DNA of 64,000 nucleotides from Chitinophagales bacterium (GTDB lineage: Bacteria > Bacteroidota > Bacteroidia > Chitinophagales > BACL12), in assembly GCA_035439505.1 (NCBI GenBank), contig DAORKJ010000002.1, positions 20,735 through 84,734 on the forward strand, read 5' to 3'. A model generated the notes under the pieces. It was not told the origin of the DNA. It saw nothing but the letters and a program-made list of their open reading frames with translations, and did no database searches. Below, piece by piece: positions 20,072 to 28,570 of the stretch. A program made the translations under genes and the position numbers. Numbering within the stretch: the first letter of the stretch is position 1; every line of letters begins with the position of its first letter.

Positions 20072-20708
20072 TATAATAATTGCCGGTGTTGTCGGAGTTG
20101 CTTTTATTCTCTTTGTGATTTTTGTGTATTTGCCTTATGCCGACAAGCAGGAAAACCTGAATAAGGTAAAACAATCGTATCAACATTCTTCTTTTTTACG
20201 CGACTCGCTTAATCATATTCCTAATTTTACCTGCGTAGACCAAAATGGAAAAACCTTTACCAATAAGGATGTTGAAGAAACAGTATTCGTAGCGGAATTT
20301 TTTTATACCGAATGTGATGCCTATTGTCCGGTTACATCAAAACATCTTGCACAAGTACAGCAATCGTTAAACAACGCCATAAATTTTAAAATTCTTTCTT
20401 TTAGCCTCAACCCTGAAACAGATTCAGTGCCGGTTTTAAGAAAATATGCTGATGCGTATAAAGCCAAAGATAATATGTGGCATTTTTTACGTGGAGAACA
20501 ATCCGATATTTTTGATTTGGGTGAACAAGGTTTCTTTACCGTTGTTAAAGGAGCGGATGGCTCGTTTAAAGGGCATTCGGATAAGTTTACGCTTGTCGAT
20601 AAAAATGGTAATATCAGAGGATTTTATAAAGGAACCGACTCAATTCAAATGCAAGCTTTAATTCAGGATATCAATTATCTCGTGTTTAAAAATGAAGTCA
20701 ATGAATGA
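20055..20708 (+). CDS. SCO1/SenC family copper chaperone
   Basis: It has an N-terminal anchor, the FFYTECDAYCP (CxxxC) motif and the downstream GHSDKFTLVDKNGNIRG segment. Confidence 0.8.
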   Translation: MNKRNNIIIAGVVGVAFILFVIFVYLPYADKQENLNKVKQSYQHSSFLRDSLNHIPNFTCVDQNGKTFTNKDVEETVFVAEFFYTECDAYCPVTSKHLAQVQQSLNNAINFKILSFSLNPETDSVPVLRKYADAYKAKDNMWHFLRGEQSDIFDLGEQGFFTVVKGADGSFKGHSDKFTLVDKNGNIRGFYKGTDSIQMQALIQDINYLVFKNEVNE

Positions 20709-21264
20709 AAAATCAACCAATAGAATAATTTTTGCAATATCGGTGGCCGTGCCGGTTTTAGTTGCAGTATTATTTTATACACCTGCATTGAACCTAAATA
20801 TCAATGTTTCATTTTTACCAAAATTACATGCCATATTAAATTCTACCGTTGCCATTTTATTATTAATCGGTTTGTATTTTATAAAAACGAAAAATATCAA
20901 GGCGCATAAATTAACTATGTTGGGAGCATTTTCAACCTCAGCATTGTTTTTAATATCTTATGTGATTTATCATTCAGCCTCTGAGTCAACATTATTTGGC
21001 GATAGCAATTTTGATGGAACAGTTAGCGCGGAGGAAAGTGCTGCAGTGAGCAGTATAAAAATGGTGTATTATATCATTTTACTATCGCACATTATTCTGG
21101 CTGCTGTTATCATGCCGTTTATTTTAATTACTGTTTCCCATGGGTTGTCTGCAAGGTTCGATAAACACCGGAAAATTGCCAAAATAACCTGGCCTTTATG
21201 GTTTTATGTTGCCGTAACAGGCGTGGTGGTATATTTTATGATTGCACCCTATTATCCGCATTAA
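20692..21264 (+). CDS. DUF420 family membrane protein (CtaM-like oxidase accessory factor)
   Basis: It is a roughly 190-aa four-to-five TM protein at the end of an oxidase cluster. The family call is by recollection of this arrangement. Confidence 0.65.
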   Translation: MKSMNEKSTNRIIFAISVAVPVLVAVLFYTPALNLNINVSFLPKLHAILNSTVAILLLIGLYFIKTKNIKAHKLTMLGAFSTSALFLISYVIYHSASESTLFGDSNFDGTVSAEESAAVSSIKMVYYIILLSHIILAAVIMPFILITVSHGLSARFDKHRKIAKITWPLWFYVAVTGVVVYFMIAPYYPH

Positions 21265-21280
21265 TGCTTAAATTTGTACT

Positions 21281-21535
21281 ATGAAACTCCGTATCGTAAT
21301 TGCGTTTGTGGCGTTTTTTCTGCTAACTAGCCTCAGCACAGAATTGAGTGCACAATGTGCTATGTGTAAAGCCGCTGCCGAAGAAGGTGCTAAAGATGGC
21401 AACCTCCAAAGTGCATCGTTAAATACCGGAATAGCTTATTTATTGGTGATGCCTTATTTGGCATTTATGGTAGTAGGTTACCTTTGGTATAGAAATTACA
21501 AGAAAAAGAAAGCCGAAGGCACTTATATCAACTAA
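21281..21535 (+). CDS. Small exported CxxC protein with C-terminal TM anchor
   Basis: The 84-aa product has a signal peptide, then QCAMCKAAAEEG, one TM helix and a Lys-rich tail. It starts 16 nt after the DUF420 gene. Confidence 0.55.
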   Translation: MKLRIVIAFVAFFLLTSLSTELSAQCAMCKAAAEEGAKDGNLQSASLNTGIAYLLVMPYLAFMVVGYLWYRNYKKKKAEGTYIN

Positions 21536-21538
21536 GAG

Positions 21539-22240
21539 TTAAATATCACCTTCCATAGGTCGTATTAGTATTTCTTCCACAACAGTTCTGTCTGAAACCT
21601 CCCAGGCTTGGTAAATGAGTTTGGCAACATCGTCAACATTAATAAATCTGGATTCAGGTAATTGTGTGCCGTTCCACGAATCGGTTAAAACTGCTCCGGG
21701 CAATACAGCTGTAACTCTAACCTTATACTGTTTGAGTTCATGGCGGAGGTTTTGAGAAAAACCGTATAATGCAAACTTCGAAATGGCATAAGAGCCACCA
21801 GCGTCATAAGCGTTTTTACTGGCTACGGAACAAATGTTAAAAATATGACCATGTTGGTGTTTAATCATATTGGGAACTAGGGCACGTGTCAGATGATAAG
21901 CAGAATAAAGATTAGTATCGATGAGCTGCTCCAATATGCCTTCCGGTTCATTATGAATATTGCCGGGTATAAAAACACCTGCATTGTTAATCAGGACATC
22001 AATTTTGTTAAATGCAGATTTACAGGTTGCTGCAAATTGAATTACCTGTTCCTTTTTTGATACATCACAAACTTGTGTAACAATTGTAGCAGATGGGTGT
22101 ATTGCTATGAGTTCACCCTTAAGTGTGTCTAAATCGGCTTGAGTGCGAGCGCACGCGGCGATATTAAAACCGTGTTTTGCAAATAATAGCGCAATTGCTT
22201 TGCCTATTCCTTTAGTGGCACCGGTAACTACAATGTTCAT
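21539..22240 (-). CDS. Short-chain dehydrogenase/reductase (SDR)
   Basis: It has TGATKGIGKA near the N-terminus and a YAISK (YxxxK) active site. I prefer the start at MNIVVTG (22240). Confidence 0.85.
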   Translation of the reverse strand: MNIVVTGATKGIGKAIALLFAKHGFNIAACARTQADLDTLKGELIAIHPSATIVTQVCDVSKKEQVIQFAATCKSAFNKIDVLINNAGVFIPGNIHNEPEGILEQLIDTNLYSAYHLTRALVPNMIKHQHGHIFNICSVASKNAYDAGGSYAISKFALYGFSQNLRHELKQYKVRVTAVLPGAVLTDSWNGTQLPESRFINVDDVAKLIYQAWEVSDRTVVEEILIRPMEGDI

Positions 22241-22293
22241 CGTTAAGTGATTTAATTTAAATAGTTTTACAAAATAAAACAATTTACCCCGCA

Positions 22294-24741
22294 ATGAATA
22301 ACTTGTTTGCTGATGTGATTTTGCCGTTTGCGTTGGAAAAGAACTACACCTATGCAGTTCCGGATGAGTTTGGTGCGGCGCTTACTCCGGGTATGCGTGT
22401 AGAAGTGCCTTTCAGAAATAAAAGTTATACAGGTATTGTTGCTAAAATTCATACAAACATTCCCGCCGGTTATCAGCCAAAAGCGATATTAGCTTTGCCC
22501 GATCATTTGCATATTGTAAATAAGGTTCAATTAGAATTTTGGAAATGGATGGCAGGTTATTATATGTGTTCAACAGGTGATGTGATGAATGCTGCATTAC
22601 CTGCACCTTACAAACTCAGCAGCGAAACAATTATTGTGTTGAAGGCGGATGTAAATATAGATGCTGCTTTATTGGAAGATAAAGAATTTTTAATTGCAGA
22701 AGCATTAACTATTCAGAAAGAACTGAAGTTAAAAGATATTCAACTTATACTTCAACAAAAAACAATTCAACCCACCATAAAATCGCTGATAGAAAAGGGA
22801 ATTGTTTATGTAAAGGAAGAGTTGACAGAAGTATATACACCAAAAACTGAAAAGTTTATTGTATTAAATAAAAAGTACACCGATGAAGCGGCATTACAAC
22901 AACTGTTTGAACAATTGCAACGCCATGAAAAGCAGTTAAATATTTTAATGGTGTATTATCAGCATTCCCAAAATAATAATAAGATTAAAAAATCATTTTT
23001 ATTAAGAAAATCGGGAGCATCGGCAGCTGTGCTTAAAACGCTTATAAAAAATAATATTTTTGAAGAAATAGATGAACAGGTCAGCAGATTACAATTGTAT
23101 GGTGATGACCAGATGGATGATTTTGTTTTAAATGCAGAACAGGAAAGAGCAATTAATGAAACAAGGAATTTTTTAAAAGAAAAAAGTACTGTATTAATTC
23201 ATGGTGTTACCGGTAGTGGTAAAACGGAAGTGTATATTGAGCTCATAAAAGAATATATTCAATCTGGCAAACAAGTATTGTATTTGTTGCCGGAAATTGC
23301 ATTAACCACACAAATTATTTCACGACTTAAAAAACGTTTTGGCAATCAGATTGGTGTTTACCATTCTAAGTTTAATCAAAACGAAAGAATTGAAATTTGG
23401 CAGCGTGTTTTAAATAATGAATATAGAATTATTTTAGGGGCGCGGTCTTCGTTGTTTTTGCCTTTTAATGATTTGGGTTTGATAATTATTGATGAGGAGC
23501 ATGATTATTCGTATAAACAACACGAACCTGCACCGCGTTATCATGCCCGCGATGCAGCAATTTATCTGGCTTATTTACATAACGCCAAAACAGTATTGGG
23601 AACAGCAACACCATGTATTGAAACTTATTTTCAGGCAGTGCATGGGAAATTCGGATTGGTGAAAATGCTAAAACGATATGCCGATATGGCAATGCCGGAA
23701 ATCCGTATTGCTGATGTAAAGGAAGAAGAAAAAAATAAAACCATGCATTCGCATTTTACTTCTGCTTTGGTGGGAAGAATGAAATATGCATTGGATTTAA
23801 AAGAACAAATTATTTTGTTTCAAAATAGAAGGGGATATGCGCCATTTCTCATTTGTGAAGCTTGTGGGTGGACACCCAGATGTATTAATTGTGATGTAAA
23901 CCTAGTTTACCATAAGTTCAGTAATGAATTGAGATGTCATTATTGTAATTATACAAATAATACTTATACCGTATGCCCGGCATGTGGAAGCTCGCGAATT
24001 ATAATTAAAGGTTTTGGAACAGAAAAAATTGATGATGAATTGCAATATTTATTTCCTGAAGCAAAAACAGGCAGGTTAGATTTGGATACCGTAAAATCGA
24101 AACATGGGCATGAAAAAATATTACGTGCATTTGAGTCGGGCGATATTGATATTTTAACCGGTACACAAATGGTTACTAAGGGACTGGATTTTGACAATGT
24201 AAATCTGGTTGGCATTTTAAGTGCGGATCAGATTTTAAATTTTTCTGATTTCAGAGCAGCAGAAAGAGCATTCCAAATGATAACACAGGTAAGTGGGAGA
24301 GCCGGCCGGAAAAACAAAAAGGGCCTTGTAATGATTCAGGCCATTCAGGTAAATCATCCTGTATTACATTATGTCATGCAAAATGATTATGCCGGATTTT
24401 ACACCAAAGAAATTGCCGAGCGGCAGCAATTTGGTTATCCGCCATTTATGCGTTTAATTAGAATTACGTTGAGACATAATAAGGTTGAAACTGTAAACAA
24501 AACAGCATCCTGGCTGGGGTCAGAGCTCAAAAATCAATTGGGCGAACGTGTGTTGGGACCTGCAATTCCGGGAATTCCGCGTATTCGTAATAAATATTTG
24601 TCGGAAATCATGATTAAATTCCCAAACAACAGGGTAAGCGGCGAATATGTGAAACAAATTGTGAAATTAGAAGTGGAAAAGTTGCAGCTAAATCCATCCC
24701 ACAAACGGGTTGAAATTGTGATAGATGTTGACCCAATGTAG
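22294..24741 (+). CDS. priA: Primosomal protein N' (replication restart helicase PriA)
   Basis: It has Walker A (GVTGSGKTEVY), DEEHD and the Cys-rich zinc region (CEACGW...CINCD...CHYCN...CPACGS). Confidence 0.95.
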   Translation: MNNLFADVILPFALEKNYTYAVPDEFGAALTPGMRVEVPFRNKSYTGIVAKIHTNIPAGYQPKAILALPDHLHIVNKVQLEFWKWMAGYYMCSTGDVMNAALPAPYKLSSETIIVLKADVNIDAALLEDKEFLIAEALTIQKELKLKDIQLILQQKTIQPTIKSLIEKGIVYVKEELTEVYTPKTEKFIVLNKKYTDEAALQQLFEQLQRHEKQLNILMVYYQHSQNNNKIKKSFLLRKSGASAAVLKTLIKNNIFEEIDEQVSRLQLYGDDQMDDFVLNAEQERAINETRNFLKEKSTVLIHGVTGSGKTEVYIELIKEYIQSGKQVLYLLPEIALTTQIISRLKKRFGNQIGVYHSKFNQNERIEIWQRVLNNEYRIILGARSSLFLPFNDLGLIIIDEEHDYSYKQHEPAPRYHARDAAIYLAYLHNAKTVLGTATPCIETYFQAVHGKFGLVKMLKRYADMAMPEIRIADVKEEEKNKTMHSHFTSALVGRMKYALDLKEQIILFQNRRGYAPFLICEACGWTPRCINCDVNLVYHKFSNELRCHYCNYTNNTYTVCPACGSSRIIIKGFGTEKIDDELQYLFPEAKTGRLDLDTVKSKHGHEKILRAFESGDIDILTGTQMVTKGLDFDNVNLVGILSADQILNFSDFRAAERAFQMITQVSGRAGRKNKKGLVMIQAIQVNHPVLHYVMQNDYAGFYTKEIAERQQFGYPPFMRLIRITLRHNKVETVNKTASWLGSELKNQLGERVLGPAIPGIPRIRNKYLSEIMIKFPNNRVSGEYVKQIVKLEVEKLQLNPSHKRVEIVIDVDPM

Positions 24742-24761
24742 TATCTTTGCCGCATAAACCT

Positions 24762-25202
24762 ATGTTATCTAAAAAAGCCAAATACGGACTAAAAGCTATG
24801 TTTTACCTGGGTAAACAATATGGCAAAGGCCCGGTACTCATTTCTGATTTAGCAGAAGAGGAAAACATACCCAAAAAGTTTCTCGAACTGATTTTACTTG
24901 AGCTGAAAAAAAATGGTTTATTACACAGCAAAATGGGCAAAGGCGGTGGGTATAGCCTAAGTAAATCGCCTGATGAAATTACTGTAGGACAGGTAGTGCG
25001 AATATTAGATGGCCCCTTAGCTCCAATACCATGCGTTAGTAAAACCGCCTATATGAAATGTGCAGAATGTGATAACGAAAAAACCTGTGAGATTAGGAAA
25101 ATAATGATGCAGGTTCGCGACGCATCAGCAGCCATTTTAGACCATACCAGTTTATTGGAGGCACCTAAAGCCTTGTTTACCGTAAATCGAAAATCAAAAT
25201 AA
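24762..25202 (+). CDS. Rrf2 family transcriptional regulator
   Basis: The MLSKKAKYGLKAM N-terminus is typical of Rrf2 wHTH proteins. A C-terminal Cys cluster is present (C-x8-C-x2-C-x6-C). I prefer the ATG at 24762. Confidence 0.8.
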   Translation: MLSKKAKYGLKAMFYLGKQYGKGPVLISDLAEEENIPKKFLELILLELKKNGLLHSKMGKGGGYSLSKSPDEITVGQVVRILDGPLAPIPCVSKTAYMKCAECDNEKTCEIRKIMMQVRDASAAILDHTSLLEAPKALFTVNRKSK

Positions 25203-25207
25203 ATACC

Positions 25208-25227
25208 AGCATTTACAAGCATTTATA
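25208..25227 (+). promoter_or_regulatory. 10-bp tandem direct repeat AGCATTTACA/AGCATTTATA upstream of the porin gene
   Basis: This is seen directly. It contains a TTTACA half-site, and a third degenerate copy (AGCATGTATT) lies at 25241-25250. Confidence 0.3.
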
Positions 25228-25256
25228 TATTAAAAAAATAAGCATGTATTAATATA

Positions 25257-25275
25257 TTCTACTAATTCGATAGAA
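25257..25275 (+). promoter_or_regulatory. Degenerate copy of the CTAT-N7-ATAG element
   Basis: TTCTACTAATTCGATAGAA matches the 33444 copy at 14 of 19 positions. It lies 36 nt upstream of the porin ATG. Confidence 0.3.
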
Positions 25276-25310
25276 TATATAGATATTTGTGCGCACAAAA
25301 AATATTATTT

Positions 25311-26354
25311 ATGAAATCAACAGTTTTACTTTTAGTAGTTATGTTAAGTTTGTCGGTTGGGATGTATGCTCAGTCGGCTACACAGGTGGAGACCTATAAT
25401 GTAAAAGTTTCGCAGAAAATTGAATTACGCGGATTAACTCATGTTCGTTATCAGTTGTTTGAAGATTCAACCAAGTTTGATGCATTTGATTTACGTCGTG
25501 CTCGTTTAGATTTTAGAGGCGATATTGCACCTAAAGTTGGATATCGCTTACATACTGAACTTGCAGGTACACCTAAAATTTTGGATGCCACTTTTGTTTA
25601 CAAACCATATGAATGGTTAAACGTAAACGTAGGGCAAAGTAAATATCCGGTTTGTTATGATAACTTATACTCACCTTGGAATTTATTAACGATAAGCCGA
25701 ACACAAATAGATAATAGTTTATCGTTTCGTGAAAGTGATTTGTATGGCAACCAAAACGGTCGTGATATCGGTTTATGGTTAAGTGGAAAATATAGTATTG
25801 GCAGTGAAGAAGCTAAGCGTCCATTATTAGACTATACCCTTGGTATATATAATGGTTCAGGAATAAACGTAGCAGACAATAATCAGGATAAAGATATTTC
25901 TGCAGCATTGGGTATATCACCAATCAAAGATTTATGGATTTTTGGTCGATTTTTAAACGGTATAGGCAGAACAACCGTACAACCAACAGTAGATGCAGAC
26001 AGAACTCGTTTTGGTGGAAATATTTCCTATAAATATAAAAGTTTTATTGTTGAAGGAGAATATTTAGCTGCTTCAGATGAAAGCGATAGCTTAGCATTGC
26101 TGGAACGCAGTGGTTATTATGTAACTTTAGGTTATACACCAATTAAAGATAAATTACAAATCATTGCCCGATTAGATAATTATGATCCTAATACCGCTAC
26201 TGAAGACAATATTACCAATAAATATATTCTGGCTGCCAGTTATTTCTTTACTAAAAATACACGTATTCAATTAGAATATAATTTAGTATTAGAAGAAGCT
26301 GAGACACAAAAAGAAAATAATTTATTTGCAATACAATTCCAGGCAGCGTTTTAA
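25311..26354 (+). CDS. Phosphate-selective porin O/P family outer-membrane protein
   Basis: It has a signal peptide, the FDLRRARLDFRGD segment, beta-barrel periodicity and a terminal FQAAF. It lies directly upstream of the pst genes. Confidence 0.7.
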   Translation: MKSTVLLLVVMLSLSVGMYAQSATQVETYNVKVSQKIELRGLTHVRYQLFEDSTKFDAFDLRRARLDFRGDIAPKVGYRLHTELAGTPKILDATFVYKPYEWLNVNVGQSKYPVCYDNLYSPWNLLTISRTQIDNSLSFRESDLYGNQNGRDIGLWLSGKYSIGSEEAKRPLLDYTLGIYNGSGINVADNNQDKDISAALGISPIKDLWIFGRFLNGIGRTTVQPTVDADRTRFGGNISYKYKSFIVEGEYLAASDESDSLALLERSGYYVTLGYTPIKDKLQIIARLDNYDPNTATEDNITNKYILAASYFFTKNTRIQLEYNLVLEEAETQKENNLFAIQFQAAF

Positions 26355-26366
26355 ATTGCCTGTTTT

Positions 26367-26400
26367 AAATGGTTATTCTATTGGAATAGCCATTTATTTT
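26367..26400 (+). terminator. Intrinsic terminator after the porin gene
   Basis: AAATGGTTATTC-tattg-GAATAGCCATTT forms a stem with one G-U pair and is followed by a T-rich tract. Confidence 0.55.
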
Positions 26401-26409
26401 TATTTATTA

Positions 26410-26428
26410 TACTATAAAATCTATAGAA
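26410..26428 (+). promoter_or_regulatory. CTAT-N7-ATAG element copy upstream of pstS-1a
   Basis: TACTATAAAATCTATAGAA ends 22 nt before the ATG. Confidence 0.45.
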
Positions 26429-26450
26429 CAAATAGAATAAAATAAAATTT

Positions 26451-27428
26451 ATGAAAAAACTTATCATGTTGCCCATTATGTTTGGGCTAATAATTTTACA
26501 CGGAAGTTTTACCAATCCCAATGAAAAACCAATAAAGGTTGAAACACCTGCCGAGTTGGAAGGTAAAATTTCTTTAAGTGGAGCATTTGCTTTATACCCT
26601 TTAGTGGTAAAGTGGGGCGAAGAATTTAAAAAGTTGCATCCTAAAGTGCAGTTTGATATTCAAGGTGGAGGAGCAGGAAAAGGTATGACTGATGTTTTAA
26701 GTAACACAGTGGAACTTGGAATGGTTAGTAGAGAAATTACTCCTGATGAAGCGAAAAAAGGTGCAATAGGTTATGCTGTTGCAAAAGATGCTGTAGTGGC
26801 AACCATTAATATCAATAATCCTTATTATGCAAAAATTTATGAAAAAGGAATTACCAAAAAACAGTTTTATGATATTTGGGTAAACCGTGGTGTAGTGAGT
26901 TGGGGCGATTTATTAAAAAATGGGGCAAAAGAGAAAATGACGGTTTATACCAGAAGTGATGCATGTGGTGCTGCTGATGCCTGGGCGAAATATTTAGGCA
27001 ATAAAAAACAGGATGATTTAGAAGGAGTAGGTGTATTTGGTGATCCTGGTATTGCTAAAGCTGTAACTGCCGATAAATTTGGTATAGGATATAATAATGT
27101 TGCTTACGCATATGACTTCAAAACTAAAAAACCAAATCCCGGTATTGGCATAGTGCCTATCGATGTTAATGAAAATGGTAAACTGGACCCGGAAGAAAAC
27201 TTTTACAGCACTTCTGATAAATTAAACATGGCTATATTGGCAGGCAAATATCCTTCGCCACCTGCGCGTCAATTGTATTTGGTTTCTAATGGAACCATAG
27301 ATGACAAAGTAACACTGGCATTTTTGAATTGGGTATTAACCGATGGACAAAAGTATGTAGCCGAATCAGGATTTGTTGAATTACCAACTGAGGTAATCAA
27401 GGAACAAATCGCTAAACTTCCTAAATAA
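26451..27428 (+). CDS. pstS: Phosphate ABC transporter substrate-binding protein (PstS family), copy 1a
   Basis: It has a signal peptide and the SGAFALYPL...IQGGGAGKGMTDV motifs, and it sits upstream of pstCAB. Confidence 0.85.
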   Translation: MKKLIMLPIMFGLIILHGSFTNPNEKPIKVETPAELEGKISLSGAFALYPLVVKWGEEFKKLHPKVQFDIQGGGAGKGMTDVLSNTVELGMVSREITPDEAKKGAIGYAVAKDAVVATININNPYYAKIYEKGITKKQFYDIWVNRGVVSWGDLLKNGAKEKMTVYTRSDACGAADAWAKYLGNKKQDDLEGVGVFGDPGIAKAVTADKFGIGYNNVAYAYDFKTKKPNPGIGIVPIDVNENGKLDPEENFYSTSDKLNMAILAGKYPSPPARQLYLVSNGTIDDKVTLAFLNWVLTDGQKYVAESGFVELPTEVIKEQIAKLPK

Positions 27429-27438
27429 TCATGACCTT

Positions 27439-27474
27439 CCGTGGAGCACCTCCTTGGGCTCCATGGATTTTTTT
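27439..27474 (+). terminator. Intrinsic terminator between the two pstS copies
   Basis: CCGTGGAGC...GCTCCATGG forms the stem and is followed by ATTTTTTT. Confidence 0.6.
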
Positions 27475-27482
27475 CCGTACTA

Positions 27483-27501
27483 ATCTATCAAAACTATAGG
27501 A
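27483..27501 (+). promoter_or_regulatory. CTAT-N7-ATAG element copy upstream of pstS-1b
   Basis: ATCTATCAAAACTATAGGA lies 18 nt upstream of a TAnnTTTG box. Confidence 0.45.
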
Positions 27502-27519
27502 TATATCGAATAAGTAGAA

Positions 27520-27527
27520 TATATTTG
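27520..27527 (+). promoter_or_regulatory. -7 promoter box for pstS-1b/pstCAB
   Basis: TATATTTG matches TAnnTTTG, and the ATG follows 15 nt later. Confidence 0.45.
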
Positions 27528-27542
27528 CACAAAAAATATAAT

Positions 27543-28535
27543 ATGAGATATTTCCAATTACTAGTGTTGGTTGCTACAACCACGATTTTAGCAACTTCTT
27601 GTTCAAATGACAAGTCAGATAAAAATACCTCCTCAACAGAGTTAGAGGGGAAAATTACCATGAGCGGTGCTTTTGCACTTTATCCAATGGCAGTACAATG
27701 GGGCGAAGAATTTAAAGCTTTACATCCCAAGGTGCAATTTGATATTCAGGGTGGTGGAGCCGGCAAAGGCATGACAGACGTGCTTTCAGGAAGCACAAAT
27801 TTAGGTATGGTTTCGCGAGATGTGAATGCTGAAGAAATCAGCAAAGGTGCGTTTGATATTAGTGTTTGCAAGGATGCTGTTTTACCTACAATTAATGCGG
27901 AAAATCCATACAAAGATTTAATCTATCAAAAAGGGATAACTAACCAGCAATTTATTGATATCTGGGTTACCGGTAAAATTGTAACATGGGGCGATTTGTT
28001 GGGCAATGGCTCTAAAGAAAAAATTGAAGTATATACCAGAAGCGATGCAGCAGGTGCAGCCGAATCATGGGCAAAATATTTAGGTGGTAAGAAGCAGGAA
28101 GATTTAATAGGTGTTGGTGTAATGGGTGATCCCGGTTTAGCTCAGGCTGTTGTTAAAAGCAAATTTGCAGTTGGATTTAATAATGTAAGTTTTGCTTATG
28201 ATAATGTTACAAAAATAAATAACCCCGGTATTGCTGTATTGCCAATTGACATCAATGGAAATGGAACATTAGAACCGGAAGAAAATTTTTATAATAATAT
28301 GGATGATGTGAACGCTGCTATATTATCAGGCAAATATCCTTCACCTCCTGCTCGTCCATTATTATTTGTATCAAAAGGTGCACCTACAGACCCGCTGGTA
28401 ATTGCATTTTTACAATATGTATTATCTGAAGGTCAAAAAGGACTTTCGGATGCAGGTTATGTTACATTACCACAGGATATTATTCAACAGCAATTAGCCA
28501 AATTACCTGCTGCTGAAGTAGCTGAAAAAAAATAA
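27543..28535 (+). CDS. pstS: Phosphate ABC transporter substrate-binding lipoprotein (PstS family), copy 1b
   Basis: It starts MRYFQLL and has the lipobox LATSC. It is roughly two-thirds identical by eye to copy 1a. The track ORF start at 27441 runs through the terminator and promoter. Confidence 0.85.
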   Translation: MRYFQLLVLVATTTILATSCSNDKSDKNTSSTELEGKITMSGAFALYPMAVQWGEEFKALHPKVQFDIQGGGAGKGMTDVLSGSTNLGMVSRDVNAEEISKGAFDISVCKDAVLPTINAENPYKDLIYQKGITNQQFIDIWVTGKIVTWGDLLGNGSKEKIEVYTRSDAAGAAESWAKYLGGKKQEDLIGVGVMGDPGLAQAVVKSKFAVGFNNVSFAYDNVTKINNPGIAVLPIDINGNGTLEPEENFYNNMDDVNAAILSGKYPSPPARPLLFVSKGAPTDPLVIAFLQYVLSEGQKGLSDAGYVTLPQDIIQQQLAKLPAAEVAEKK

Positions 28536-28570
28536 ATATTATACCATCTAAATAATCTAATAACGGACGT

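Noticed and set aside
21350-21370. CAMCK in the 84-aa protein considered as a CxxCK heme-attachment motif (NrfA-like)
   Set aside because: The motif is isolated in a tiny protein with no distal ligand context and no dedicated CxxCK lyase nearby. A thiol or Cu(I) role is the more conservative reading, and neither is demonstrated.
27441-27542. N-terminal extension of the second pstS ORF given in the track. Similar extensions occur at 25287, 24747, 48532, 49341, 50113, 22294(-) and 33443(-).
   Set aside because: The extensions read through terminators, operators or promoter boxes, or use TTG/GTG starts. Internal ATG starts give canonical N-termini (signal peptides, MSIRLGDTAPDF, MLSKKAKYGL).
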